Of a stretch of 64,000 nucleotides of DNA, positions 1-8,662 are shown in pieces. Under the pieces are notes generated by a model that saw only the letters and a program-made list of their open reading frames with translations, searched no databases and had not been told where the DNA came from. Source of the stretch: an uncultured Candidatus Saccharibacteria bacterium (GTDB lineage Bacteria > Patescibacteriota > Minisyncoccia > Phycocordibacterales > UBA6899). The stretch is taken from positions 19,905-83,904 of the forward strand of contig CAYLUP010000001.1 in NCBI GenBank assembly GCA_964386905.1, written 5' to 3'. How positions within the stretch are numbered: the stretch's first letter is position 1; each line of letters opens with the position of its first letter. The position numbers were made by a program, and so were the translations under genes.

Positions 1-1934
1 CATCACAATATCGTGATGGGGAATATCGCGTTGGTGCAGTGTATTTTGATTCATATAAGGGGTGGGTATATACCGGCACGGTTGATTTTACTATCTCGAA
101 TGCATTACCAAAGCCTATTGATACCAGCGTATCTGTTCCAGCAGTGATTGCTACACAGACAGTCGTGACTACGCCAATCGTGGCATCTTCGTCAGTGGCG
201 GCAACGAGTACACCTTTAGTGAAGCAGAATGTTGAGTATGCACCAACATGGACGCAGACGTCAGACACTTCGTTTGTACCAACTCTTCGTCTTGTCGTAA
301 ACGATCGTGCAATAACTGCACTTGGTCATATCTTTGATCGTGAGGAGCTCGAGATTCGTGCGACGACGCACCCAGCTCTCTCTGTACAATTTTTTGCATA
401 TTCTTTAGACGGTGCTTTTTCTCCTGCGATCAAAGAAGTTGGACGAGGAGGAAAGGATGATATTCTCTCTCGAGACGGTAAGGAGGTTTGGGCATATACG
501 GTTGATATGGGAACATTTCCTGCAGGAAATTATCGTTTATTTGCACGTATTAAAACACTAGATGGAAAAATCCAGGAGACTCAACCTGCCTCAATCGTTG
601 TCCAGCACCTAAGCCAAATACCTGGTGTTGTTGAGCAAAAAGACGAGACGCCACTTGTCGTTTCAGAAGCTACACGTGAAGATATTCTGAAGCGCATTCA
701 TGATCCAAGTGCATGTCAAAATAGGCAAGAATGTCAGGTGTTTTGTTCAAGCTCAGTGTCTGCGTCTACAAAGTGCGTAGAATTTACCCGCGTAAAGGGG
801 ATTGATGGATTGTTTGATGCGGTAGAAACACAAGTCCGAAAATTGCAATCAGAGGCTCAGCTACTTTCTTCCCCTTTGCCAACACATGTCGCGTCGTCCT
901 CTTCTGTTTTTCCTGTTTTCTCTGGCAGACCGTCAATTGTCGATGTGCTGCCGCAAACCATTCTTGCTGAGGCTGTGTCAAAGCGCTCAGATCAAAATTT
1001 CACCTTACCAGAAGAAGTAAATTCGGCGGTAAAACTTCAGCATTATTGCGGGGCAATTGAAAATGAAAAAGAGTGTACTTCGCTTGCCTTCGCACATGCT
1101 CCAGAACTTTCTCCTGTGATAGAAAAACAAGCAGAACTTGTTCGGGAGTCAGAAATGAAGTTGACGAGTATTCTTGAACAACGTTCCGGTGCACGTGTGT
1201 ATGTTGACTCAGATGGTGACTCTGTGAGTGATTTTGATGAGGTCAATTTGTACCACTCAGACCCAACAAAGAAAGATACAAATGGAGATGGGTATTCTGA
1301 TGGGGCCGCAATTCTAGGTCAGACGAGCGTGCTATCCGCTGGTGAAGCATTCGAAGATGAACAAGGGAAAATCGTTCTTGGAAGAGGGGTTAGCGTGGAA
1401 AATCCAAAAATTGCAGGTACGACACAATCTGCAAAATTTGCTATAACAACTATTGCTCCATACGAAGTAACTAAAAATGATAACGGCGTTTCTGAGATTC
1501 AAAAAATAGTCTTTAAGGGAAGAGCACTCCCGAATAGTTTTATAAAAGTTTTTCTGTTCTCTGAGCCAGTTGTCGTGACAGTGAAGGCCGATGACATGGG
1601 AAACTGGACTTATATCCTTGATAAAACTCTTCCAGACGGTACACATACTGCATACGTTGCACTTGCTGATGGCGCTGGGCGTGTTCTCGCAAAATCCGAA
1701 CCACTTCCATTCGTTAAAGAAGCATCCGCTATTACGGTTGCCGGTGAACAGGTGTTGAAGACAGACGCTGCATTCGAAAAAAGATTTATGGGCATGAGTC
1801 CAGTAACAGTTATGGCACTTCTCGTGGGCGTTCTTGGGCTTGCACTGTCTGTTGTTGGTATCGTTGCGGGTATGCGCCATAAGCATGGTCGTGAGTCTAT
1901 AGAAGATCATCATACACCATATGGAGCGTCATAA
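1..1934 (+). CDS. Large surface/secreted protein, 5'-truncated by the window edge. It has thrombospondin-type-3-like DxDxDG Ca-binding repeats (DSDGDSVSDFDE, DTNGDGYSDG) and a C-terminal TM anchor.
   Basis: The ORF frame stays open to position 1, and the track start at 39 is a GTG. A C-terminal hydrophobic segment (MALLVGVLGLALSVVGIVAG) is followed by basic residues. A 14-nt overlap with the downstream kinase gene suggests an operon. Confidence 0.6.
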   Translation, partial: SQYRDGEYRVGAVYFDSYKGWVYTGTVDFTISNALPKPIDTSVSVPAVIATQTVVTTPIVASSSVAATSTPLVKQNVEYAPTWTQTSDTSFVPTLRLVVNDRAITALGHIFDREELEIRATTHPALSVQFFAYSLDGAFSPAIKEVGRGGKDDILSRDGKEVWAYTVDMGTFPAGNYRLFARIKTLDGKIQETQPASIVVQHLSQIPGVVEQKDETPLVVSEATREDILKRIHDPSACQNRQECQVFCSSSVSASTKCVEFTRVKGIDGLFDAVETQVRKLQSEAQLLSSPLPTHVASSSSVFPVFSGRPSIVDVLPQTILAEAVSKRSDQNFTLPEEVNSAVKLQHYCGAIENEKECTSLAFAHAPELSPVIEKQAELVRESEMKLTSILEQRSGARVYVDSDGDSVSDFDEVNLYHSDPTKKDTNGDGYSDGAAILGQTSVLSAGEAFEDEQGKIVLGRGVSVENPKIAGTTQSAKFAITTIAPYEVTKNDNGVSEIQKIVFKGRALPNSFIKVFLFSEPVVVTVKADDMGNWTYILDKTLPDGTHTAYVALADGAGRVLAKSEPLPFVKEASAITVAGEQVLKTDAAFEKRFMGMSPVTVMALLVGVLGLALSVVGIVAGMRHKHGRESIEDHHTPYGAS

Positions 1935-3297
1935 TATTATCACGAGGGGCATTGATTTCGTTCGTACAAATCCACAATTGCTCTATACTATTTTCCTCGC
2001 AATTATTATTCCGTTAGCTTTTATATTAACAAGTGAGCAATTTTTGAAGGTGGCAAAAAATCAAAACGATGCAGCTGAACGAAGTCGCATCGGTTTGCTT
2101 CATGACGCATTTGCGTCATTTTTGCCTCACATGCTCGAACCCGTGCGATTGGAGCAATATATTCAATCGATCGCTGCACAAAATCAAACGCTTTCAGGAT
2201 TCTTTGTTCTTCTTGAATACGACACTGGAACAACCACACGTCTTGAAGTTTTTGCATCGCAACAAAAAGATGAAGTATCACTTGGGGCGTATACACCAGA
2301 TCCAATTACGGAAATGCTTATGCGTTTCGCGGCGAGTGATAGCACACAATCGTATTCAGCTGAGTTCGTGAAACATACTGCACGGCAGTGGAAAACAGTT
2401 CGTGCAATTCAGAAACCATCACCAGAAATATTTCGAGCATATGTTGTTACTGATGTTTCTATGTCTGAGACAGATGTGGCTCTGGGTAGGAATATCCGTA
2501 ATGCGTATATTGTTTTGTGTATTGTTGTTGCAATGGTAATGGTCCTCCTTGGGCGGCAGGCTCGCATTGTGGATTACGCGACATTGTATCGAAAACTTTC
2601 AGAGGTAGATAAAATGAAAGATGATTTCGTATCTATGGCAGCACACGAATTGCGTTCACCTTTGACGGTAATTCGTGGATATGCCGATATGATGAAGCAA
2701 AATGAGCAACTTTCTGCGAGAAGCATTGATATGCTTAAAAGTATTGACAATGCTGCGCAAGAATTGAATACGCTTGTTGGAGATATTCTTGATGTTGCAA
2801 AACTTCAAGAGGGAAGAATGTCTTTTCATTTTGCATCCATACTTCCTACTGACATTGCCGGAGATGTCTATAGGGCATTTGCAGTTCCAGCAAAACAAAA
2901 GGGACTTGAATTTGTGTATACTCCAACAAAAGATGAACGACGCATATTTGTTGATAAAACACGGTTACGTCAGATTCTTGTGAATCTCGTTGGGAATGCT
3001 ATTAAGTATACTCCTCAGGGTTCTGTTCATGTGGTAGTCAAAACAACATCAGATAACACTGGCGTGGAAATCCGTGTGTCTGATACAGGTCTAGGAATTA
3101 GTGCCGAGGCACAGACCCGTCTCTTCTCAAAGTTCTATCGAGTCAAGACAAAAGATACAGAAAAAATAGCTGGAACAGGCCTTGGTTTATGGATTACCGC
3201 TGAACTTGTGCGACAAATGCGTGGAGCTATTAGTGTAGAATCAATTGAAGGAAAGGGGACAGATTTTATCGTTCGTTTTCCATTTCAACAAACATAA
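1921..3297 (+). CDS. Membrane sensor histidine kinase (HisKA + HATPase_c).
   Basis: H-box AAHELRSPLTVIRGY. N-box NLVGNAIKYT. G-boxes DTGLGI and GTGLGLWI. Two N-terminal TM segments. Confidence 0.85.
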   Translation: MERHNIITRGIDFVRTNPQLLYTIFLAIIIPLAFILTSEQFLKVAKNQNDAAERSRIGLLHDAFASFLPHMLEPVRLEQYIQSIAAQNQTLSGFFVLLEYDTGTTTRLEVFASQQKDEVSLGAYTPDPITEMLMRFAASDSTQSYSAEFVKHTARQWKTVRAIQKPSPEIFRAYVVTDVSMSETDVALGRNIRNAYIVLCIVVAMVMVLLGRQARIVDYATLYRKLSEVDKMKDDFVSMAAHELRSPLTVIRGYADMMKQNEQLSARSIDMLKSIDNAAQELNTLVGDILDVAKLQEGRMSFHFASILPTDIAGDVYRAFAVPAKQKGLEFVYTPTKDERRIFVDKTRLRQILVNLVGNAIKYTPQGSVHVVVKTTSDNTGVEIRVSDTGLGISAEAQTRLFSKFYRVKTKDTEKIAGTGLGLWITAELVRQMRGAISVESIEGKGTDFIVRFPFQQT

Positions 3298-3319
3298 AAC
3301 ACCCAACAGGGTGTTTTAT
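3296..3319. terminator. Bidirectional rho-independent terminator between the convergent kinase gene and the PfkB kinase gene.
   Basis: Hairpin aaaACACCCaacaGGGTGTttt with A and T runs on both flanks. Confidence 0.6.
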
Positions 3320-4329
3320 GCTATCTGGTGTGCAACATAATTCTCTGGCTTTTTTGAGAGATATTCTTCAATGTGCTCACGAGACAATAACCCTTCTTGA
3401 GATCCAGGGTATTGAACAACGGACATAGAGTTAATTGGTCCGTAGAGAAGCGCTTCCTGTAGTGGTTTCCCGAGTGCAATCATTGCGGCAATTGTTGATG
3501 AGCACGCATCTCCTGCGCCCGTACGCTCGACTGGGGGTTGTGGGTCTGGGTACGGAGGCACAAACCATGTCGTATCTTGTTCCGCGTCATATGCATAAAG
3601 ACCCTTGGGGCCATCAGTAACTACGGTGATTTTCGGGCCAAGTTGTGACATAAGTTTTGGAAGTTTTGTAGGATCTTGTTCTGTGGAATTGAGGATTTTT
3701 CTTGCCTCATCAGTATTACAGAAGAAAATATTGCATCGCGAATAGAGTTTTTTGAGTCGTTCGTATCCAAGCTTTATCTGGAACGTACCTGGCTGGAAAG
3801 CGAGGTGAACATCTGGATGTGCTTCGAGATAATCCAATATTTCTTCATGATATGCGAGAGAGTTCTCGCCCAATGAAGAAAAGTACAGCCAAGATGGTGT
3901 TTCAATATCCGGAAGAGTGTATGCGTACGTTTCCTGTTTGATTAAAATGGTTCGTTCTGATTTGTACCATAAGATGTAGTGATACAAAGAAGACTTTCCC
4001 GGATTGATGCGTATATATCGTGGGTCAACGCCTTTTTCTTGTAATGCACGAAGGATTTCTTGGCCCTGCTCATCGTCTCCGAGATCTGTAACCAGCGCTG
4101 CTTTAAGCCCAAGCCGTGTCGCTGCGACTGCCGCATTTGCTGAGTTTCCAGCTCCGGGAATCACCTTTGCATATTCATATGGAATTTTTGCTCCATTGAT
4201 AAAGCAGAGGTCTTCTTCTTCAGATCCATCGCTTCCTTCAATTGTGTGGACAGACGCGCGTATGATACGAATAAATGCGTCGGTGACAGTATCCCCGATA
4301 GTAATAAAATCAATTGGTGTATTGTCCAT
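3316..4329 (-). CDS. PfkB-family carbohydrate/nucleoside kinase (ribokinase-like).
   Basis: C-terminal GAGDACSSTIAAMIALG anion-hole motif typical of the PfkB family. N-terminal GAGNSANAAVAATRLG glycine-rich motif. Start moved to the internal ATG (MDNTPIDF...), because the longer ORF would overlap the divergent fba gene. Confidence 0.8.
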   Translation of the reverse strand: MDNTPIDFITIGDTVTDAFIRIIRASVHTIEGSDGSEEEDLCFINGAKIPYEYAKVIPGAGNSANAAVAATRLGLKAALVTDLGDDEQGQEILRALQEKGVDPRYIRINPGKSSLYHYILWYKSERTILIKQETYAYTLPDIETPSWLYFSSLGENSLAYHEEILDYLEAHPDVHLAFQPGTFQIKLGYERLKKLYSRCNIFFCNTDEARKILNSTEQDPTKLPKLMSQLGPKITVVTDGPKGLYAYDAEQDTTWFVPPYPDPQPPVERTGAGDACSSTIAAMIALGKPLQEALLYGPINSMSVVQYPGSQEGLLSREHIEEYLSKKPENYVAHQIA

Positions 4330-4363
4330 CTGTGCATTATACCATGCAAAGGTATGGTAAAAT

Positions 4364-5410
4364 ATGAACATGAATATTGTACAGTTAGAGACAATTGCGC
4401 GAGCGCTCGTTGCAAAAGGGAAAGGAATATTGGCTGCAGATGAATCAAACGTAACGGCAAACAAAAGACTCGCAACCGTGTTCATTCCGCAAGATGAAGA
4501 ACATCGAAGAAAATTTCGTGACATTTTATTGACAACAAAGGAATCTTCAGAAATTGTTTCTGGTGTGATTTTTTATGATGAAACATTTTGGCAATCAACA
4601 ACGTTTGGAGAACCATTTCGGGTGTATTGTGAAAAAAATAATATTCTTCCTGGGATTAAGGTAGATGAAGGTCTCATTAATTTACCTGGTTTTCCTGGAG
4701 AGTACATTACTCGTGGCCTCGACACACTCCCCGAGCGTATTCAAAAGTACGCAGATGCTGGTGCTCGGTTTGCAAAATGGCGCGCTGTCATATCTTTGAG
4801 TGGTCAGACACCAACAGATGCGTGTGTTGCAGCAAATGCATTTATTCTTGCACGGTACGCACGGATTTGTCAGGAGGCAGGTATTGTTCCCATTGTTGAA
4901 CCAGAAGTGCTTTTCGATGGCACGCATACGTCAGATATGTGCGAAGTTGTTACTGCACATGTATATGACACAGTATTCGCCGCATTGCGAACGTTTCGCG
5001 TTCATCTTCCAGGAATGATCTTGAAAACAGGGATGATTCTTCCAGGAAAGGAGTCTGGGTTACCTGTTGATCCCATTGAAGTTGCAGAGCGAACAACGCG
5101 AACACTTCGTACTCATGTTCCTCATGAAGTTGGTGGAGTCGTTTTTCTTTCAGGTGGTCAAACACCAAAACAGGCATTTGAAAATCTTAATGAAATAGCA
5201 AAACGTGGTCCACATCCATGGGGGCTGACATTCTCATATTCTCGTGCACTTCAGGACCCCGTGTTAAAGCATTGGGCCATTCACCAAGGAGATATTGAAG
5301 GAGCAAAGAGTGTTTTTGGTCATCAACTGAAAGCGGCTCAAGCAGCAAGTCTTGGAACGCTGTCTATTGCTGCGCATGGTGATGATTTTGTTTCGCATGG
5401 CCAAGACTAA
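4364..5410 (+). CDS. fba: Fructose-bisphosphate aldolase, class I.
   Basis: KGILAADESN class I aldolase signature with a Schiff-base lysine region, 348 aa. Divergent from the PfkB gene with a 34 bp spacer. Confidence 0.88.
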   Translation: MNMNIVQLETIARALVAKGKGILAADESNVTANKRLATVFIPQDEEHRRKFRDILLTTKESSEIVSGVIFYDETFWQSTTFGEPFRVYCEKNNILPGIKVDEGLINLPGFPGEYITRGLDTLPERIQKYADAGARFAKWRAVISLSGQTPTDACVAANAFILARYARICQEAGIVPIVEPEVLFDGTHTSDMCEVVTAHVYDTVFAALRTFRVHLPGMILKTGMILPGKESGLPVDPIEVAERTTRTLRTHVPHEVGGVVFLSGGQTPKQAFENLNEIAKRGPHPWGLTFSYSRALQDPVLKHWAIHQGDIEGAKSVFGHQLKAAQAASLGTLSIAAHGDDFVSHGQD

Positions 5411-5495
5411 AGATGCCGCGGTGTAAGTGGTGTGCTGGATAAAAGGATATTCCAGTGTATAGTTTCCTTTAGTTTTTGTTATTTCTGGAGGTTCC

Positions 5496-5999
5496 ATGAT
5501 AAAGAAAGTGCTCGAATCTCGCTTTGAGTGTGTCGAGAGTGGGTGTGATAACCTAGTTGACCCACAAACGTCACACGCAATCACGTTGAGTGCAGCGGAA
5601 TACAGTACAACGCTCGCAGCAGCATGTGAAGGGTGTGGTCGGCTATATTCCGTATTTACCGCCGAGCCAGTATTTTCTTCGGATTACATGAAGGTGTTTT
5701 CCGGTGTACATCAGTTAGAACATAAACAGCTCACTGCAGTAGAGAAATATAATCTCATTCATGGTGCGCTCTCGATCATTGAGTCTTCCGAGTCGTTTGA
5801 ACAAGGGGAGATGTATAAGCGGCGTATCGTGAATATGTGCGGTGGTGCTGAGTTGTGGAATGCTCGTCGAATCTCTCGAGCTATGCATGCTCCTGATTGC
5901 GAAGCTGTTTTTTATCGTGCAACACACATGTGCAACTGCGGTGTTGTGCATGCGCGTGACTGGTTTAAGAATCACGACACGCTCGTTCTCGAAGAATGA
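5496..5999 (+). CDS. Cys-rich hypothetical protein, putative zinc-binding. Paralog A of a tandem pair.
   Basis: GGAGG SD 8 nt before the ATG. CxxxC, CxxC and C...CNCG motifs. Clear paralogy with the downstream ORF: shared C.E.GC..L, C..C.R.YS, Y..A..YR and CNCG...W..N blocks. Confidence 0.6.
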   Translation: MIKKVLESRFECVESGCDNLVDPQTSHAITLSAAEYSTTLAAACEGCGRLYSVFTAEPVFSSDYMKVFSGVHQLEHKQLTAVEKYNLIHGALSIIESSESFEQGEMYKRRIVNMCGGAELWNARRISRAMHAPDCEAVFYRATHMCNCGVVHARDWFKNHDTLVLEE

Positions 6000-6191
6000 T
6001 TCTGACCACCTCTGTGAGGTGGTTTTTTATACTTACGAGTTGTTGTATTGTGTGCAATGATGCACACATGCTGTTCCTGCGCGTATTTCACAGCAAAACA
6101 ACAATGAATGCGGGTGTTGTGGTGCAAAAGAATATAATTGACAAAACACAATATTATTGTATTCTGTTCTTGCGTTTCTACAGGAGGTTTT

Positions 6192-6659
6192 ATGAGCGCA
6201 TTTGGTCATTTTCCGTCGGATAAAGTGCTTGATGGCTTCGATTGCCACGAAGAAGGATGTGAGCAACTTCTTTCTCCGACGACCATCGAGGAAGTCACAC
6301 TCTCTCGGACGGATCTTGGTGATCCAATTCCGAGCATCGTGTGTCCGGCATGCCGTCGCGTGTATTCAGGTGCTTCAGGCATGCCTCTGGTGTTCGAACA
6401 CACGAAGAAGATGTTTTATATCGACGGACAACAAGTAGTTCGTCCGCTTTCCTGCAGAGAACGTCTGGAGTACGTCGAGTACTTGCTCGAATGTGCAAAC
6501 AAAACGACTGAGGGGAGTGCAACGTATCGTGCGTTCGAACGCCGTCTTGAGGAAATTCGTGCCCTCCCTCACACAGAAGGGTGTAAGGGGAAGGATAGCA
6601 TGTTTCTCTGCAATTGCGGTCAATATCGTGCCGATCGCTGGGTTTCGAACCAGTCTTGA
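6192..6659 (+). CDS. Cys-rich hypothetical protein, putative zinc-binding. Paralog B of the tandem pair.
   Basis: caGGAGGttttATG SD. Start moved to MSAFGHFP. Same Cys spacing as paralog A (CHEEGC, CPACRRVYS, CNCGQYRADRW). Confidence 0.6.
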   Translation: MSAFGHFPSDKVLDGFDCHEEGCEQLLSPTTIEEVTLSRTDLGDPIPSIVCPACRRVYSGASGMPLVFEHTKKMFYIDGQQVVRPLSCRERLEYVEYLLECANKTTEGSATYRAFERRLEEIRALPHTEGCKGKDSMFLCNCGQYRADRWVSNQS

Positions 6660-6665
6660 TACTTC

Positions 6666-6689
6666 GCTCCATTTCGGTGGAGCTTTTTT
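6666..6689 (+). terminator. Rho-independent terminator after the Cys-rich pair.
   Basis: GCTCCAtttcggTGGAGC followed by TTTTTT. Confidence 0.7.
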
Positions 6690-6828
6690 GTATTTGTACA
6701 CCTATTTTTGCAGTATTCTATGAGGTGAATCCTGCACTGTTCTGCGGAAAAGACCGTTCTTATGCTGATGATGCAACATCCTCGTCTGAACGTTTTATTT
6801 ACAGGCATAAAAACATTCACCATTAACG

Positions 6829-7164
6829 GTGGGTGATAATGGATTCGCCACTCGAAAATTTTGCGAGCTGACTGTTTCTGTTCATAGCGTTCCTGAAAAC
6901 CCACTTACGATCGAGTACAGACTGGGTACGAGTATCTGGAATAACAGAGAGCTTATTCCAGTATCGACGATTGTGAACGAGGCCCATTCTCCACGCGGGG
7001 TGGTAAGGCATGTGTCCATGATCAACCATGAGTGCTGTGACGCGGAAATGGATGTAGCAAGCATTTCGCTGAGCGGCAAAGTCGTCTCTGACGATAAAAT
7101 GATTATGAAATATGCGCGATTGTCTGCGCGTGTATTTGAAATTTTTCAACATGATTTTGAATAG
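6829..7164 (+). CDS. Hypothetical protein, 111 aa. Uncertain: the region could instead be non-coding or an RNA leader.
   Basis: ggtgGGTGAtaATG is a possible SD. The ORF ends exactly at a hairpin plus U-run. No recognisable domain. Confidence 0.3.
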   Translation: MGDNGFATRKFCELTVSVHSVPENPLTIEYRLGTSIWNNRELIPVSTIVNEAHSPRGVVRHVSMINHECCDAEMDVASISLSGKVVSDDKMIMKYARLSARVFEIFQHDFE

Positions 7165-7173
7165 TCCTTCGCT

Positions 7174-7199
7174 GAGCTCCAGGTTCTGGAGCTTTTATG
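7174..7199 (+). terminator. Terminator-like hairpin whose U-run overlaps the first ATG of the proS ORF.
   Basis: GAGCTCCAGgttCTGGAGCTTTTATG. It shares the GCTCCA/TGGAGC arms with the hairpin at 6666. Confidence 0.5.
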
Positions 7200-7241
7200 T
7201 TTTATGATGACGAATGTTTCCTCTTGTGGTATCCTGCTTTT

Positions 7242-8483
7242 ATGCGACAAACGCAACTATTTACAAAAACGCGCAGAGAAGCGCCGAAAGATGAGGTATC
7301 TAAAAATGCACAGCTCTTGCTGCGTGGAGGATATATTTATAAGGAAATGGCAGGAGCATACTGCTATCTTCCTTTGGGGTTGCGAGTCATGAACAATATT
7401 ATCCGTGTGATCCGAGAAGAAATGGAGCATGTGGGGTCTCAAGAACTCACGATGACTCATTTGCAGAGTAAGGAAGTTTGGGAGGCGACAAATCGCTGGG
7501 ATGACGCAGTTGTTGATAATTGGTTTAAAACACAGTTGAAGAATGGAACCGAAGTTGGTCTTGCCTTTACTTGTGAGGAGCCACTTGCGCATCTGATGAA
7601 AGAATACGTCCACTCACACAGAGATCTTCCTTTTTCAGTTTTTCAATTTCAAACAAAGTTTCGCAATGAAGCGCGAGCGAAGAGTGGAATTATGCGTGGA
7701 AGAGAGTTTATCATGAAGGACGCATACAGTTTTGTGAAAAATAAAGATGAGCATGAAGCCATCTACGAACAATATGCTGAGGCATATCAAAGGATTTTTG
7801 CTCGTGTTGGGCTTGGCACAGTGACATATAAAACTTTTGCATCAGGTGGGACATTCTCAAAATATTCTCACGAGTATCAGACGCTCACTGAAGCGGGGGA
7901 GGATATTATTTATATCCACGACGAAAAGCATATTGCAGTAAATAGCGAAGTGCTCAATGATGAGGTCCTCGCTGATTTGGGCATTGCACGGAGCGAGCTT
8001 CGTGAAGCAAAGGCGGTCGAGGTAGGAAATATTTTCACACTCGGAACCAAGTTCTCTAATGCATATGATCTCCAGTACGTTGATGAAAAAGGAGAAAAGC
8101 ATCCCGTCTTTATGGGGTCATACGGTATTGGTCCGGGGCGTGTGATGGGGACGATTGTCGAAGTGCTCTCAGATGAGAAGGGGATCGTTTGGCCAGAAGA
8201 AGTTGCGCCATTCCATTTTCACATTGTGGCACTTGGATACGAAGACGAGTCCGTGAAGTCAGCGGCAGATACGTTGTATGCGACATTGCGTGCAAGGGGT
8301 ATAGACGTTTTATTGGACGATCGTGTTGGGCCAACAGCTGGCGAGAAATTTGCTGACAGTGATTTGTTGGGTATGCCGAAGCGTATTGTTGTCTCCAAGA
8401 AAACGATTACTGCAGGCACTTACGAGTTGAAAGATCGAAAAACCGGTGAAGTTATGAATGTGGCACTGGAATCAATCGGATAA
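7242..8483 (+). CDS. proS: Proline--tRNA ligase (short, archaeal/eukaryal-type class II without an insertion editing domain).
   Basis: MRQTQLFTKTRREAPKD...LLRGGYI N-terminus. Class II motifs (FRNE, GREFIMKDAYSF). Anticodon-binding C-terminus. Start could alternatively be 7197. Confidence 0.88.
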   Translation: MRQTQLFTKTRREAPKDEVSKNAQLLLRGGYIYKEMAGAYCYLPLGLRVMNNIIRVIREEMEHVGSQELTMTHLQSKEVWEATNRWDDAVVDNWFKTQLKNGTEVGLAFTCEEPLAHLMKEYVHSHRDLPFSVFQFQTKFRNEARAKSGIMRGREFIMKDAYSFVKNKDEHEAIYEQYAEAYQRIFARVGLGTVTYKTFASGGTFSKYSHEYQTLTEAGEDIIYIHDEKHIAVNSEVLNDEVLADLGIARSELREAKAVEVGNIFTLGTKFSNAYDLQYVDEKGEKHPVFMGSYGIGPGRVMGTIVEVLSDEKGIVWPEEVAPFHFHIVALGYEDESVKSAADTLYATLRARGIDVLLDDRVGPTAGEKFADSDLLGMPKRIVVSKKTITAGTYELKDRKTGEVMNVALESIG

Positions 8484-8486
8484 GGG

Positions 8487-8514
8487 AAAACGCCTAGATA
8501 TCTAGGCGTTTTTT
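8487..8514 (+). terminator. Rho-independent terminator after proS.
   Basis: aaaaCGCCTAGAtatcTAGGCGtttttt. Confidence 0.75.
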
Positions 8515-8662
8515 ATATCTACCCAGAAAATCAGTACGGAGTGAGATTTTATGTTTGTGCATACTGTTTACAATTATGTCAACTCTCAAGAAGTATATTT
8601 TGCAACACTTTCTTCGCATGGCTACTCTTGCCTGTCTGCCGTTCATTCAGTAGACTGCAGAT

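Noticed and set aside
1332-1913. The 193-aa minus-strand ORF inside the surface protein gene. Also the long antisense ORFs at 9067-9552, 9891-10562, 28100-28483 and 29138-29935.
   Set aside because: They are entirely embedded antisense in well-supported genes (mreB, mreC, P-type ATPase). Their translations are Cys, Ser and Arg-rich artefacts without motifs.
6960-7010. A T-box riboswitch upstream of proS, from the string GGGTGGTAAGGC resembling the T-box consensus AGGGTGGNACCGCG.
   Set aside because: The match is partial. It lies about 180 nt upstream of the terminator hairpin, rather than forming the 5' arm of an antiterminator overlapping it. No specifier-loop context could be identified.
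6693-7196. tmRNA, RNase P RNA, SRP RNA or 6S RNA in the gene-poor segment.
   Set aside because: None of the conserved motifs I looked for are present. Examples are the RNase P P4 GGAAAGTCCGG/ACAGAA..CCGGCTTA, the tmRNA tag reading frame and tRNA-like end, and the SRP GGAAGCAGCCAAGG.
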